From a virus (Duplodnaviria > Caudoviricetes): DNA of 64,000 bases. The translations under genes and the position numbers were made by a program. Positions 41,515 to 53,106 of this stretch are shown here, one piece after another (positions within the stretch are counted from its first letter, which is position 1; each line of letters begins with the position of its first letter). Location: the IMG/VR virus record IMGVR_UViG_2706795806_000001, positions 1 to 64,000 of that record; one strand, 5' to 3'. The notes beneath the pieces were generated by a model. It was not told where the DNA came from. It searched no databases and saw nothing but the letters and a program-made list of their open reading frames with translations.

Positions 41515-43271
41515 ATGTTTGGGTATTGGTGGAATGTTTTGTTTTGCAAGCATGAATTAGAAACTGTAAACAAAGTGAGACACACATGGGAGCTAGGGTA
41601 TCTGTACACTGTATATCATTGCCGTTGTACTAAGTGTGGTTATATCAAAGGAGTAAAAGTGAAGTGAATACAATTGATTTGACGAAGAAGAAGGTGGAGA
41701 AGTTTGGAGGTATTTCAGGTCTTAGAAATATTCTAAGTTTTGCACCTACATCACCAGATGCTGTGTACTATGTTCACAAGGTTTCTCGTGTTACTGGTCA
41801 CATGGGTTTCTTTACAGATAAATTCATTGTTGGTGTTGACAATCCAGCAGATTGCTGTAAGATTAAAGACATGAGAGATTATGTTCGAGACTTCCATAAG
41901 ACAAAGGTGCTATGATGAAAGAAGTTTTTAAGTGGTTGTTGTTAGTGGGTTCTATTTCTTGTGTTGTCATCACATTATTACAGATGAAGGATTCAGGTTG
42001 TAATGGTTTAGATTGCTCTGAGGTGGTGCATGAGTGAAGAGTATCAAGTAGGTGTTAAAGTTATCCTACATACTGGTAAGAATGAATATGAATACCCTTA
42101 TGAGATAACAGAACGACACGGTGAACACTTTCGATTGAAGTCGAAACATGGTATCAGGTTTTGTAGGTTGTGGAGAATCAAACGACTTGCAACTCAAAAT
42201 GAAATAGCAGTAGACAGTTGGAGTACATAGAATGGATCGTAATTTAGTTGAGTATATTGGTGGGCTTGAGGCATCTATTAAAGCATTGGATGTAATGAGA
42301 CAACACAAGATTTGCTGTGGAGAATACCAGTGGGATATGTTGGAAGTCTTTGGTAAAGGTAGAGCAAGCCGAAAGGTTGTTGATCGTAAGCTGGAAGCTT
42401 TAATATCTTATGACAGTAAAACCTCATTCAGCCTAGATGAGCTTGAGAGAGCCGTAGAGCAAGAGTTGAAGAGACACCTAACAACCATAGATGAGAGCTT
42501 TAAAGTCGTCTATAACGAGCCTACAGTGCTTCCAAGACGATTGTTTGGTGCTAGTCGTTCTGATTACTGGGAGGCATCTCCTAAACTCCTATTGAAGTAT
42601 GAGAAAGGTGGAGAGACTTACTATGTAACTGGTGAGTATCACTTTAAAACTTATGAAGGTGGTATTGACGAATTCCGATTAGATGGTCATAATGGTAATT
42701 GGTCTCAGTTTGTTACAGGATGGGCTTATGTCTGATAATGTAAAAGCATTCTTAATTGTTATGGTCTTTATTGTATTGTGCATATTTGCAGGTAATACAA
42801 CAAGAGATAGACATCGAGAAGAGGTATGTAGTATTAAAGGTAAGTCCACATATATCTATGGAGGATTTGAATACAGTTGTTTAAATGGAGGGAGGTTGAA
42901 ATGAAAAAGATTCCTAAACCTAAAGTAGTTCCAATTAGTTCCAGTAAATTGGTTAAGTTATTTCCACCTATCAAGGTGTATACAATCTGGCAGTTATTTA
43001 AAGGAGAACACAAATGTCACACGGCAACATGACTATGGAACAAGCTAAAGAACTTCAGAGACAATATGGAGGTCGGGTAATCTCAACAGGTTTGACTGGA
43101 GAACAACGTGTAACTCATCACAAGCCGACAGATAGAATGGAAGACTTTAACTTAGCGTTGCACAGAAATGGTGATCACAATGCAAACATACAAGCAACTG
43201 TAGTTGTAATGAAAAGCCGTAAGACTCGTACAGGTGTTGAGTCTCATGTGATCCAGAAGTTTGAGCTGTAG
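41515..43271 (+). other. Operon of about eight small hypothetical genes
   Basis: Overlapping start/stop codons and RBSs throughout. Confidence 0.5.
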
Positions 43272-44059
43272 ATATTCCCAGATATTCCTGAGAATCTGAA
43301 CAAAAAGGCAAAACTTTTTGAAAGTTTTTGGATTATTTAGGGTGGTGTGGTTGACATAGGTTAGCCATCCACTATATAATAGAACTCTTATGTAGTTTTA
43401 AACTTTAATTATTTACACATCAATCAGTCGTAGGAGCATTTGCTATGAAGTTTTAATCTTTGGCTATATAGGTGGGAAGCTTCAGAAATAACTGGAACAA
43501 AGTGTCTAAGTGTTTCACCATCTTGATCGAGTTCATTGCATGGCTTCTGCTTTGAACAAGGAAGGCTTTCTATTGCTGATTGTCTTCCTCCTTTCCTCTC
43601 TTCCACTCTCCCTGAAAAATTTTTGCAAGGCATGATGGATTTGAAATCTGAAACCATATACACCGTTTGTAGGTTTTTACAATCTTCACAAGAAATTACA
43701 ATTAATCTGGAAGCAATTCATAAAAGTTAGAGAATTGCAATAGGAAATTACAAAAGATAATTATTTATTTTAATTGATTTTTATTTTTATTGTGGTATTC
43801 ACACACGCCCACATATTAGAAAGAACAATAAACCTTGTCCGTTTCAGTGATTGCTATTATCTCAAGCCTTAAAAACATTGCATTAAAAAAGATTTCCTGA
43901 AAATTTTCCGAAAATTTAACATACAATTATTTTAAAAAACAAAGACTTAACCAAAAGTTAAATATTATTTTTAATTATTTTTATCTAAGGTATTGCAAAA
44001 ATAATTTATTCCTATAGAATGGCATCCATACCAAGCAAACAACTTAAAAGGTTATTAAC

Positions 44060-44737
44060 ATGAAAGCATTTAACTTTAAACATTCTTTTGAATATGACAA
44101 CGACTTAGCACGTATTTACTTTGAAGACTTTGAACGTGAAACGTCTTTACTTCGATATGGTGTACGTGATTTTGATTATTATGTATTGTTCGCCACTGCT
44201 GAAGACAAGGACAAGAAATACTATAAAGTCTCTTCATTGCGTAAAATGAAGAAAACAGACCTATATGATCTTTGTGTGAACTTCGATCTAGTGGCATACT
44301 GGGAAGATGAAAAAGAGTATTTAAAGAAAGATTTTATTGAAATGTTATTGACAATAGATAATGAGGCGTTCTATAATGGTCACTATGAAAACGTACCTTA
44401 TCAAGATTTAGATAGCGATTTTGTAATTCGTGGGAACTGTCAAGGTGACTATGTAAAAATTAAATTAGTTGGAAAGTTTGAACCATACATGACAAGTCAG
44501 TATCTTGAACAAGTATTCTTTCAAACGCCTATCTATTGCCGTGTATCTGTATTAGATGGCAACTATGAAGAGATTGAAGGACAAGACGAATTATATATTG
44601 ATTCTTTTGTCAAAGACTTATATAATTTTGACAAGTCGGAAGTGTTGGAAATTGTAAAGGATCAATATAAAGATGAATTATTTTTTATTGACCTATGCAA
44701 CTATGTAGAAAACTGTTTTGCAAATGAACCAAAGTAA
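44060..44737 (+). CDS. Acidic early protein
   Basis: First cassette gene, D/E/Y-rich. Confidence 0.65.
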   Translation: MKAFNFKHSFEYDNDLARIYFEDFERETSLLRYGVRDFDYYVLFATAEDKDKKYYKVSSLRKMKKTDLYDLCVNFDLVAYWEDEKEYLKKDFIEMLLTIDNEAFYNGHYENVPYQDLDSDFVIRGNCQGDYVKIKLVGKFEPYMTSQYLEQVFFQTPIYCRVSVLDGNYEEIEGQDELYIDSFVKDLYNFDKSEVLEIVKDQYKDELFFIDLCNYVENCFANEPK

Positions 44738-44750
44738 GGAAAAAATTGAA

Positions 44751-44960
44751 ATGTCTTTAATTATTGTTACTCGTTACGCTCAAAAAAACAAAACTAGCAA
44801 GCTTTGTAAGCGTCACACTTTTAAACGTGGAAAGATTGACAGTGTTGATATTGAGCCAATCCCAGAAAGCACATTGAATGAATTATTGAAAGATAAAAAC
44901 AATATTCACTTTGTAAATGTTGAGAAGTTAAGCGATTTAGATTTAAAAAGTTTAGATTAA
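44751..44960 (+). CDS. Hypothetical early protein
   Basis: AGGA RBS; followed by terminator. Confidence 0.55.
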   Translation: MSLIIVTRYAQKNKTSKLCKRHTFKRGKIDSVDIEPIPESTLNELLKDKNNIHFVNVEKLSDLDLKSLD

Positions 44961-45068
44961 CAATGAAGAGGCGCAAGCCTCTTTTTTGTTGTCTTAATTT
45001 CCCTGAATGTCGCCCACCTCCTGCCCTTGAACTCCAGTATCAACCTATTAGGCTTCGTCCCTGCTATA
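44960..45068 (-). ncRNA. Candidate GGA-rich small RNA
   Basis: Minus-strand TTGTAT-16-TATAAT promoter at 45102-45075; GC-rich non-coding body with four GGA motifs; ends at the 44966 hairpin. Confidence 0.35.
44965..44988 (+). terminator. Intrinsic terminator
   Basis: AAGAGGC-GCAA-GCCTCTT plus T-tract. Confidence 0.8.
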
Positions 45069-45214
45069 CATACGATTATACAGACAAATAATATAAATAC
45101 AAGTAAATATTTAAATTAATTTATTTTAAAAATAATTATAAAAAGAGTTGACACAATAGAAAAACACGCCCATAATGCACCACATAGACAAACAACATAT
45201 AAAGAGTTAATCAA

Positions 45215-45523
45215 ATGATTAAGAAAGTAACTAAACATTTTATTGTTTACTTAAATGAAGCTTTTCAAATTGTCTTTGCTCGTTGCAGAAAGACAGGTAA
45301 ATTTGTCAAGCATTGCCTAGCATTGGCTGAACTTGAGTTAGACAACAAATACAGTTGCATGACAGCATTATATATTTGTTTTATGGCTTTCTTTAATGGA
45401 TGTGTTTTTATGTTAAATTCGTTTGACATTGAACAAATTGTATTGTTTAATATTGTGGCTTCACTAGCAATTTTATTCACTTTTTCTTTGTCGTTTATTA
45501 ACGATGAATTAATTGAAAAATAA
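45215..45523 (+). CDS. Early membrane protein
   Basis: Two C-terminal TM segments. Confidence 0.55.
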   Translation: MIKKVTKHFIVYLNEAFQIVFARCRKTGKFVKHCLALAELELDNKYSCMTALYICFMAFFNGCVFMLNSFDIEQIVLFNIVASLAILFTFSLSFINDELIEK

Positions 45524-45605
45524 ATTAATTAAACGCTTGACACATTAACTTAATATCTGTACTATGAACCACATAGACAGCAAACAACTTAAAAGGTATT
45601 ACACC

Positions 45606-45959
45606 ATGTTAAACATGAACGCATTGAACAAAGCTTTAAATAACGCTAACTTATCAACTATTATTACAGTTGAAAGTATTGGAATTGAAAACTTTACAAG
45701 TGACAGAGGCAACATTATTGCCAATCAGTTTGAAATACTTATCAATGGTACAGATACACGCTATCGAGTTTTTCAAAGTTATGAAACAATCATAGCCGTT
45801 AAATGTGCAGGGCATACCGTACTAGACGAAAAAGCTTTAGAGTACAGCGCAACAACTCTAAAATATTTAAAGCTTTTCTTAGGTACTTGTGCAACAAAGA
45901 AAGAGTTATACAAACGTATTGATCAAGGCGATTACTTGACAGCAGATTTAAACAAATAA
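45606..45959 (+). CDS. Early hypothetical protein
   Basis: Cassette leader; FQSY.T.IA and YS.TT.KY motifs. Confidence 0.65.
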   Translation: MLNMNALNKALNNANLSTIITVESIGIENFTSDRGNIIANQFEILINGTDTRYRVFQSYETIIAVKCAGHTVLDEKALEYSATTLKYLKLFLGTCATKKELYKRIDQGDYLTADLNK

Positions 45960-46050
45960 TTTTTGAATTAATTTAAATAAACACTTGACTAGGGTATCAA
46001 AAAGCTTTAATATTCTAGTCATACCAAGCAAACAACGAAAGGAAATAAAC

Positions 46051-46473
46051 ATGAACATTTTAAACGCTGTAAACACTGAATTAAACCTTGCTATGATCGA
46101 CTTTAGTGCTGTATTTACTTGCACACAAATTACAGATAAATGGGAGCATGACAACTTTGTATGTGTGTTTAAAAACCGTGCTACAGGTGAAGCTTTCCAA
46201 TTTGACTATAAAATGGGTATCGGGCATCGTCATAAGTTAGGTCGTATCATGTTGCCTAAAGTTGATAGTGTTTTGCATTCACTCATCATGGATTCATACA
46301 GTACAGATGAATGCTTTTCTGATTGGTGCGCTAACTATGGCTATGATGATGATTCAATCAAAGCTAAGGGCATCTATGAGGCTTGCATTGAGAATGCTAA
46401 GAAATTACAAGGCGTATTTTCAAAGCGTGAAAAGTCCCTTGAAAATATCAAAGAGCTTTTAGAAGATTTTTAA
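46051..46473 (+). CDS. Early hypothetical protein
   Basis: Cassette leader; F.DWC..YGYD.DS.KA motif. Confidence 0.65.
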   Translation: MNILNAVNTELNLAMIDFSAVFTCTQITDKWEHDNFVCVFKNRATGEAFQFDYKMGIGHRHKLGRIMLPKVDSVLHSLIMDSYSTDECFSDWCANYGYDDDSIKAKGIYEACIENAKKLQGVFSKREKSLENIKELLEDF

Positions 46474-46576
46474 AATTAATTTGAAATAAAGCTTGCTTTT
46501 AGTATGACTTTCTATATAATGGAGGTCATACAGTAAAGCAACCTTGCTTAACTTGAACCACATAGGAAATATTGAA

Positions 46577-47056
46577 ATGTCTTTAATCACTTTAGAATTT
46601 AACCATGCAAACATTATCGAAGCAAGTGCAATTGATTCTTTAGCCGATGAGGGTTTAGCTTTAATTGAAGACCTAGAAAATGAAATTGAAGAGCTGAAGG
46701 AAGAGAAAGAGGCTTTAGAGGAAGGCGAAGAGGAAAACGAGGAAGACAATAGCGAACGTCTCAAAGAAATTGATCAAGAAATTGAAGGCAAGGAAAAAGA
46801 GATTAAAGACCTAAAAAGTGACGTTGATCATTTACAAGGGGCTTACAATGAGTTATCATGCTATAATGATATGGCTATTGCAGACGACCACATAGAGGAT
46901 TACATCCGTTCAAGTATTGAAGAGTCAAACGCTGAAGAGCTGGAAAGCTTATCGGATTTGATTAAAAACAATATCAATTGGAGTGGTATTATTGAAGATG
47001 CAAAAACAGATTATTCTGAATTGACTTTAGACGGCTTTACATATCACTTTGCATAA
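46577..47056 (+). CDS. ArdA-like antirestriction DNA-mimic protein
   Basis: Extremely acidic; C-terminal L.D.I...INW..I..D...DY.....DG.TY resembles the ArdA C-domain. Confidence 0.55.
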   Translation: MSLITLEFNHANIIEASAIDSLADEGLALIEDLENEIEELKEEKEALEEGEEENEEDNSERLKEIDQEIEGKEKEIKDLKSDVDHLQGAYNELSCYNDMAIADDHIEDYIRSSIEESNAEELESLSDLIKNNINWSGIIEDAKTDYSELTLDGFTYHFA

Positions 47057-47135
47057 GTTTTATTTTAGCATGACTTTGTAGGAGGTCATGCACTAAATGA
47101 AATTTAAATCAACAAACAACGAAAGGCATAAGGCT

Positions 47136-50100
47136 ATGAACTTATCAGAAATTAAGCAAGCGTTAGACAATGGCGAATGTGTGAAGTATTTCAAAAGCAC
47201 AAACAAAGTTAGATTAGAGGGTGATAAGGTGCTTTCTAAGTGTATCAATACAGGCTTTGAAAAAGTTCTGAGCCAATCAGATTTAGAAGACTGCTTTATT
47301 TAAAGGGAAAAGGGCAATGAAAACTTTCATCAAAGCTTTTAATTTTGTACTCGATAAGTTTATCCGTTTATATTTATTTTTGTTTAAACTTTACATCTTA
47401 CAATTTTGTTTAGGCTTGTTATACGTCTTCATTGCCGTTCTAAGACACGTTTACCTATAAGGGCTACAACCATGCAACAAGCATATAAAAAGATCACACA
47501 AGACCAATGGAAGGCTTTAGGAGGCTTCGACAATCCTAGTCTATTCAGAAAATCGCTAGGTCGGTTCGGTTTTAAGTATTATCAATATATTTAAATTATT
47601 TTTAATTAAGGGCTTGACAGTATTGTACAAGTCCTTTAATATGGCACTCATACCAAGCAAACAACTTAAAAGGCTATTATCATGAACTTTAACGCTATTA
47701 TCTCAAAAGTAGAAGTTATCTATTTCGTTATCATTATGACATTATGTGCTGTATTATCTTTCAACTCTTTTATGATTGGTTAATATAATGGGAAAGGTTG
47801 ATATAATCAGAGCAAAGTTACAAGTTCAAAAGCATTATTTAGAAACTGCCAAGCAATTGGCTAATGATTTCGGTATTAACTTTGCTATTGAATTGTTAGA
47901 AAATGCAGAACATGAAGCAATGAACCTTTTAAATTCAATGGGTTATGATGTACACATAAATAACTTATATAAAGTGATTGAGATTGCTTATAATAAAGAG
48001 TTGTATTTAAATCGTTTTAAGTGTACTATTAACAGCAATGAGTTTTATATTATCTCCGATATCTATCATAATCAAATGATTATTAAGACTAAAAATTCTT
48101 GTATATTATGTGTTGTATTAGAAACTATTAACGGTTATAATGCAGTTACTTTCGAAATGGATTGATTTATTATGTTATATGTTATTGCTTTTCTATTTAT
48201 TAATGTGAATGGTGATGAGTATTTAAATGTTATCGAAGAGCCATATTTTAAGACAGAAAAAGAGTGTAATATATTTGTTAAGAAAAACTATGTACAGCGT
48301 AAAGATTTAAAATTTTCTTGTGTACGTGAAGATTTAGTTAAAAAATCTTTTCAATAAAAGCTTGCTTTTAGCATGAATTTAAAGTTATAATGAGTTCATG
48401 CAATAAAGCAAACAAACAACTTAAAAGGCTTGCACCATGTTAAACAATCGCTACCGTGTAGAAATTCAAAAACTAGACCTATTAATCTCTAATTGGTCAC
48501 TCTTAGCAGAAAGTGACACACGCTATTTTAAACTAGGTTCAATTGACTTAGATTTAGAAATGGGCTTGTGTCACAATGCAGGGCTTTACAATGTGCCTTC
48601 TAATGTACTTCATGAAAGTTATTCTAATTGGTCGGGCTTCAGTGGATCGTTGGGCTACCCTGTAGAGGGAAAGAAAGCTTTCTATGATCACACAAACAAA
48701 TTTACAGTGGAACGTCTAAGACTTGCTAAACATTTACGGACTGATTTATTTATCAAAGGTTCACCAAAGCAGACATTCAGCCAAAAGGTAGATAAAGCTT
48801 TAGATAATAAATTTATATCAGTTCCTTTATGCTTTCTTATGTTCTTTGCATTGGCTTATACTTTTGTAAAATTAATCTAATAAGGTATTGCAGAATGATT
48901 AAATTTCTTGCTATACTTTGCCTGTCGTTTATTGATGGAAGTTACACAATAGACACTCACAACTATTCTTTTATTCGTGAATGCTTTCACAATTTCTCTA
49001 TTCACACAATAGAAAATAGAGAAAATTTAATAAAGAATTTACTTGACACTATAGATTTATTTCTTTAGAATGTAACACATACCAAGCAAACAACATACAA
49101 GGTTTTAAAGATGGAAAAGCAACTTGAATTATTTGATACTCGTTTTAATCACAATGACTTTGAATACGAAATGTGGTATGATCGTTCGGCAGAAATGGCT
49201 GAAGATGAAGACGGAAATGCCATTGACTTCGATTGTGACACTGTTTACGCTCGTACTGAATTTGCAAAGGCTTATATTGATTGGATCAATGAAGAGTTAG
49301 GAACTAGCATTCTTTTTTCTAGTATGTTCTTTCCGAAAGAATACAACTTCATGACCGATGCAATTAATGTGCAGTTTACCAATGAAGACTATGAAAAGGT
49401 TAAACAGTGGTTTAAAAGTGATGTATCTAACAAAGCTATCCTATTGAACAAGATAGAAGGCTATGCAACTTCATGCAGTGGATATATAGCTTTTCACTCT
49501 AAGGATGAAATATGGAGCAATAAAGGCTTGTTAATGGGTATTTTATTAGAAGTATTTGCAGAAGTTCAAAACGATGAATTTACAGCATACTTTGATAGAC
49601 AATGTGTTTATGACCGTTTATTTAAAGAGGTGTAACAATGAGATTTAATGTTAATGATATCCTATGCTTATCATCGGAAGGCGTAAACAGTTATCAAGTA
49701 ATCCAACGAGATGGGGACTATTTAAAACTATTGTGTACTGACTTTGAACAAGTTGAACAAATAACCTATGATTTGACAGTATACAACCATAATACAGAGT
49801 TTTGGATTGATCGAAATAATTTTCATTTATTTGAATTAATCGCATAAATTCACTTGACAAGGAAGTCAAACAAAGCCATAATAGGCACATACCAAACAAC
49901 ATACAAGGTTAAACACCATGACAAACGAACATATCAATTTTAACGCCTTTGTTTCATGCAAAAAGACACGAAATAAGGAAGAGTATACAATGACAGCTAA
50001 CCTATACTTTAACAGCACTGAGGAAGGTAAAAAGCTAGATAGAAAGACTTTCATTGTCAAGGGTGAAAACACTCAAGAAATTGAAAAGACTTTGATTGAT

Positions 50101-51679
50101 CAAGTTGATAAATTTATTTTCAGTCACCCATTGACAAAAGGCGTTGCAATGTCTAGTCTAGTATTGAAAAATGTATCATATAGAGGATTTAAGGTTTTAT
50201 CTCAAATTACAACTTGGAATACAATTAAATCAAAAAAGGCTTGAAAATGGAATCAACTGGGTATATAATCGAAGTCATAACATTTGACACGGACATAGAC
50301 CATGATCTATGGGTAAAGAACAATGACAGATTGACCGATGAGCTTTTAAGGGTTAGGCTTTTAAAAGAAAATCTAAAATTTATTGATCATGACAACTATT
50401 TAAAACCTGAGTTATATTACAGTGTAAACAATGTGGATTGTTCGCACGGCTCATTTGAAATTGAATTACCCAACGTCACCGAAGAAACAAACATGAGGGA
50501 GTTTTTTAAGGTACGAAATAAGCTTTTAAGTAGAACTAGAAGTCTAGTAAACAAATACTTTAAAAGTGAACCAAAATAAAGCTTGTTTTTAGCATAACTT
50601 TCTGTATAATGGAGGTTATGCAATAAAGCAATCAAACAACTTAAAAGGGCGTGTTATGAAATTTGCATTTAATGATGAAGACCAATTGTATTGGTTCAAT
50701 GTATTTTTAGATTTGTGTTTTGATCAATGCGGTACTAATTGTGACCGTGATGCCCTTGTGTTAGGTGCTTTTAAGGCATTCACCTATTCAGAGAATCTTT
50801 TAGCAATGGCAAGAAAACGCCCTATCACATTCACCTTTTCAGAGGCTGAAGAAACTCTTTTAACAGTGTGTTATGAAAATGATTTGAATAGTTATTACTA
50901 TGGAGTAATTAAGCATTTAACGCCTAGTAAGATCATTCAGTATGGTTATACAAACGAGCAATTTAAACCTAAAATTAAAATGATTTAGGGCTTGCAATTA
51001 CTTTAAACGTCTATATAATGAAAGACACAAACAACATAGAAGGCAATGCAATGAAACAAGATTATAGCTTTTTCCTATTCTGTCAATTGGTTAATGATGA
51101 TTTAATCAATGTGAATAACTTATCAATTCCTTATGATCAACTTTTTCCAATAATGACAGAGCATTTCGAAGTATTTAAAAACTTTGATAGTAATATGGAA
51201 ATATCAGAGTATGAGGCTATAGAGCTGTATTTTGAGAATTCAGGAACTCTTTTAGCTGAATTGATGCGATTAGATGAGGAAAACGAGTGGGAACGACCAA
51301 AGCCAAAAGGCTATTCATTTTTGTTTGACAAGTGAGGCATAGAGCTATGAAAAGTAATTTAAACAAACTGATTGACAAGTTAATCAAACTAAGAAACAAT
51401 TGTGCTATCCCTGTTAGCTCACTAAATGAATTAAATCAGGTAGCAATTGCTTTAAAACGTGCAGGGTATAAAGGACAGTTTAGCAGTGATTACGATAGCA
51501 AGCGATTTAGAAATCATATAGGTGATGCAAAGTATTTTTGTTATAGCTCGAATGACGGAAAACAAAGGCATCCTATAGGCATATCTGTCTACAATGTACA
51601 AGGTGAAGACAAAGAGTATATGATAGTAAATTGGGATGTAACAGAGCCTTGTTATAGTAACAAATTACTAAGACTTTAA
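47136..51679 (+). other. About 14 small early hypothetical genes
   Basis: ORFs at 47136, 47472, 47682, 47788, 48172, 48437, 49111, 49638, 49918, 50247, 50656, 51051, 51347 and others, most behind their own promoter. Confidence 0.55.
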
Positions 51680-51705
51680 CAACTGATTTAATGTAAACTT
51701 ATGTA

Positions 51706-51735
51706 AACGGTGGCACTTTTCAAGTGTTGCCGTTA
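51706..51735 (+). terminator. Hairpin, possible terminator
   Basis: AACGGTGGCACTT-TTC-AAGTGTTGCCGTT. Confidence 0.55.
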
Positions 51736-52661
51736 TCTCATTTCATGAGAATTAATATTTAAATAAGAATCAATACTTTACGGCAGTAAAGCAATGTATC
51801 TAAAATAAGAACAAACAACATAGAGAAAAACAACAAAATGAAGGTTAATAATAGCTTTCACTATCGTTCAAAGGCTATTAGAAGGACAAACAAAGACAAT
51901 GGATAACATAACTCATCTATAACAAACTATCGTTTATATACGCTCTAAGCGAAGCTTAAAAGCTTTCTTGCACTATCTTGTTTATTCTTCATTGTTCTTT
52001 GTTGTTCCTTATGTTTAAAGGCTTTGCAGGGCAAAGAGTTCTAATAATTGAATGTTTAAAAGGCTTGAATTAATTTCTTGAAGTATGAACATTGAAGCAA
52101 TTTCTTGAAGTATAAGTCTTGAAAGCTTATTTCTAAATGTACTCTAATTTACTTAGATTGTACACCAATTGTCAGGCATGACCCTATGTCTTTTGTCAAG
52201 AATTATTTTAAATTAATTTTGTTTAGAAATGAATCAGAAAAGTTAGAGTTTGTCAAGCACTTTATTCAGTTAAATTTCAGGATCACACATTCAATTAAAT
52301 GTCAAGAAGAATTCAAATAAACGATAAAAGGAATAAATTAATTAGAAAATTAAATAAAGAAATGTATTGCATTGAGAGGATAATTCAAGTATAATACTTT
52401 AGACTATGGCTGGAGTCTTTCACCACGAGGTTCGTAAACAAGTTACTGAGTATATCATATAAATGTCGATTTGTCAAGTCTTTTTTATATGAATTATTCT
52501 TATAAGGATGTGCAGGACTTATCACTAAAAGTTATAAGACTTAAAGTTATGAAACCTTTAGTAATGTATAACAAAAAAGAATGAATAAATAAATTGACAC
52601 GGCGTATGGAAATAGGCATAATAAGCACATACCAAGCAAACAACATATTAAAGGTTAAGAG

Positions 52662-53078
52662 ATGATTACACCATACAAGGGCAGAGAGATAGACTTTACA
52701 AAGACTGTAATGATTTACAAGAATCTTACAAATGGTCTATGGAGCATTAAACAAGGTGGAAAGGTTGTAGGTCATGCCAATTGCTTTCTATTGCGCTCTA
52801 CTGAATTTAAAGTATCTGAAGCAACTAGACAAAGAGTTATAGCAGAACGTAAAAAGTATGTACACGCTTTTGTTATTGGTTATCTTGATCCTAAATGTCC
52901 TTTGGATTTAGAAGTATTAGAGCTTGACAAACGTATAACATACAACCCATTTAAATCAGGATCATTTCTATTTGTTACAAATGAATACTTGACACCAATA
53001 AAGAATGATGGTTCAATGTATTATATTCATGGCGGTAATGGCTTAGGTCATTTACATTTAGTTAAATATTCAGCTTAA
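52662..53078 (+). CDS. Early hypothetical protein
   Basis: Cassette leader; Y.NL....WS, VSEA.RQRV..E.KK.VHAFV, TYNP motifs typical of a widespread phage family. Confidence 0.7.
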   Translation: MITPYKGREIDFTKTVMIYKNLTNGLWSIKQGGKVVGHANCFLLRSTEFKVSEATRQRVIAERKKYVHAFVIGYLDPKCPLDLEVLELDKRITYNPFKSGSFLFVTNEYLTPIKNDGSMYYIHGGNGLGHLHLVKYSA

Positions 53079-53106
53079 TTCATCAACTCAACAAAAGGCT
53101 ATCAAC

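Noticed and set aside
330-42308. Numerous minus-strand ORFs of 60-136 aa opposite the main genes
   Set aside because: Antisense shadows of well-supported plus-strand genes, with no RBS or motifs
43424-43730. ORFs in the 43.3-44.0 kb gap
   Set aside because: No RBS, atypical composition, and mutually overlapping on opposite strands
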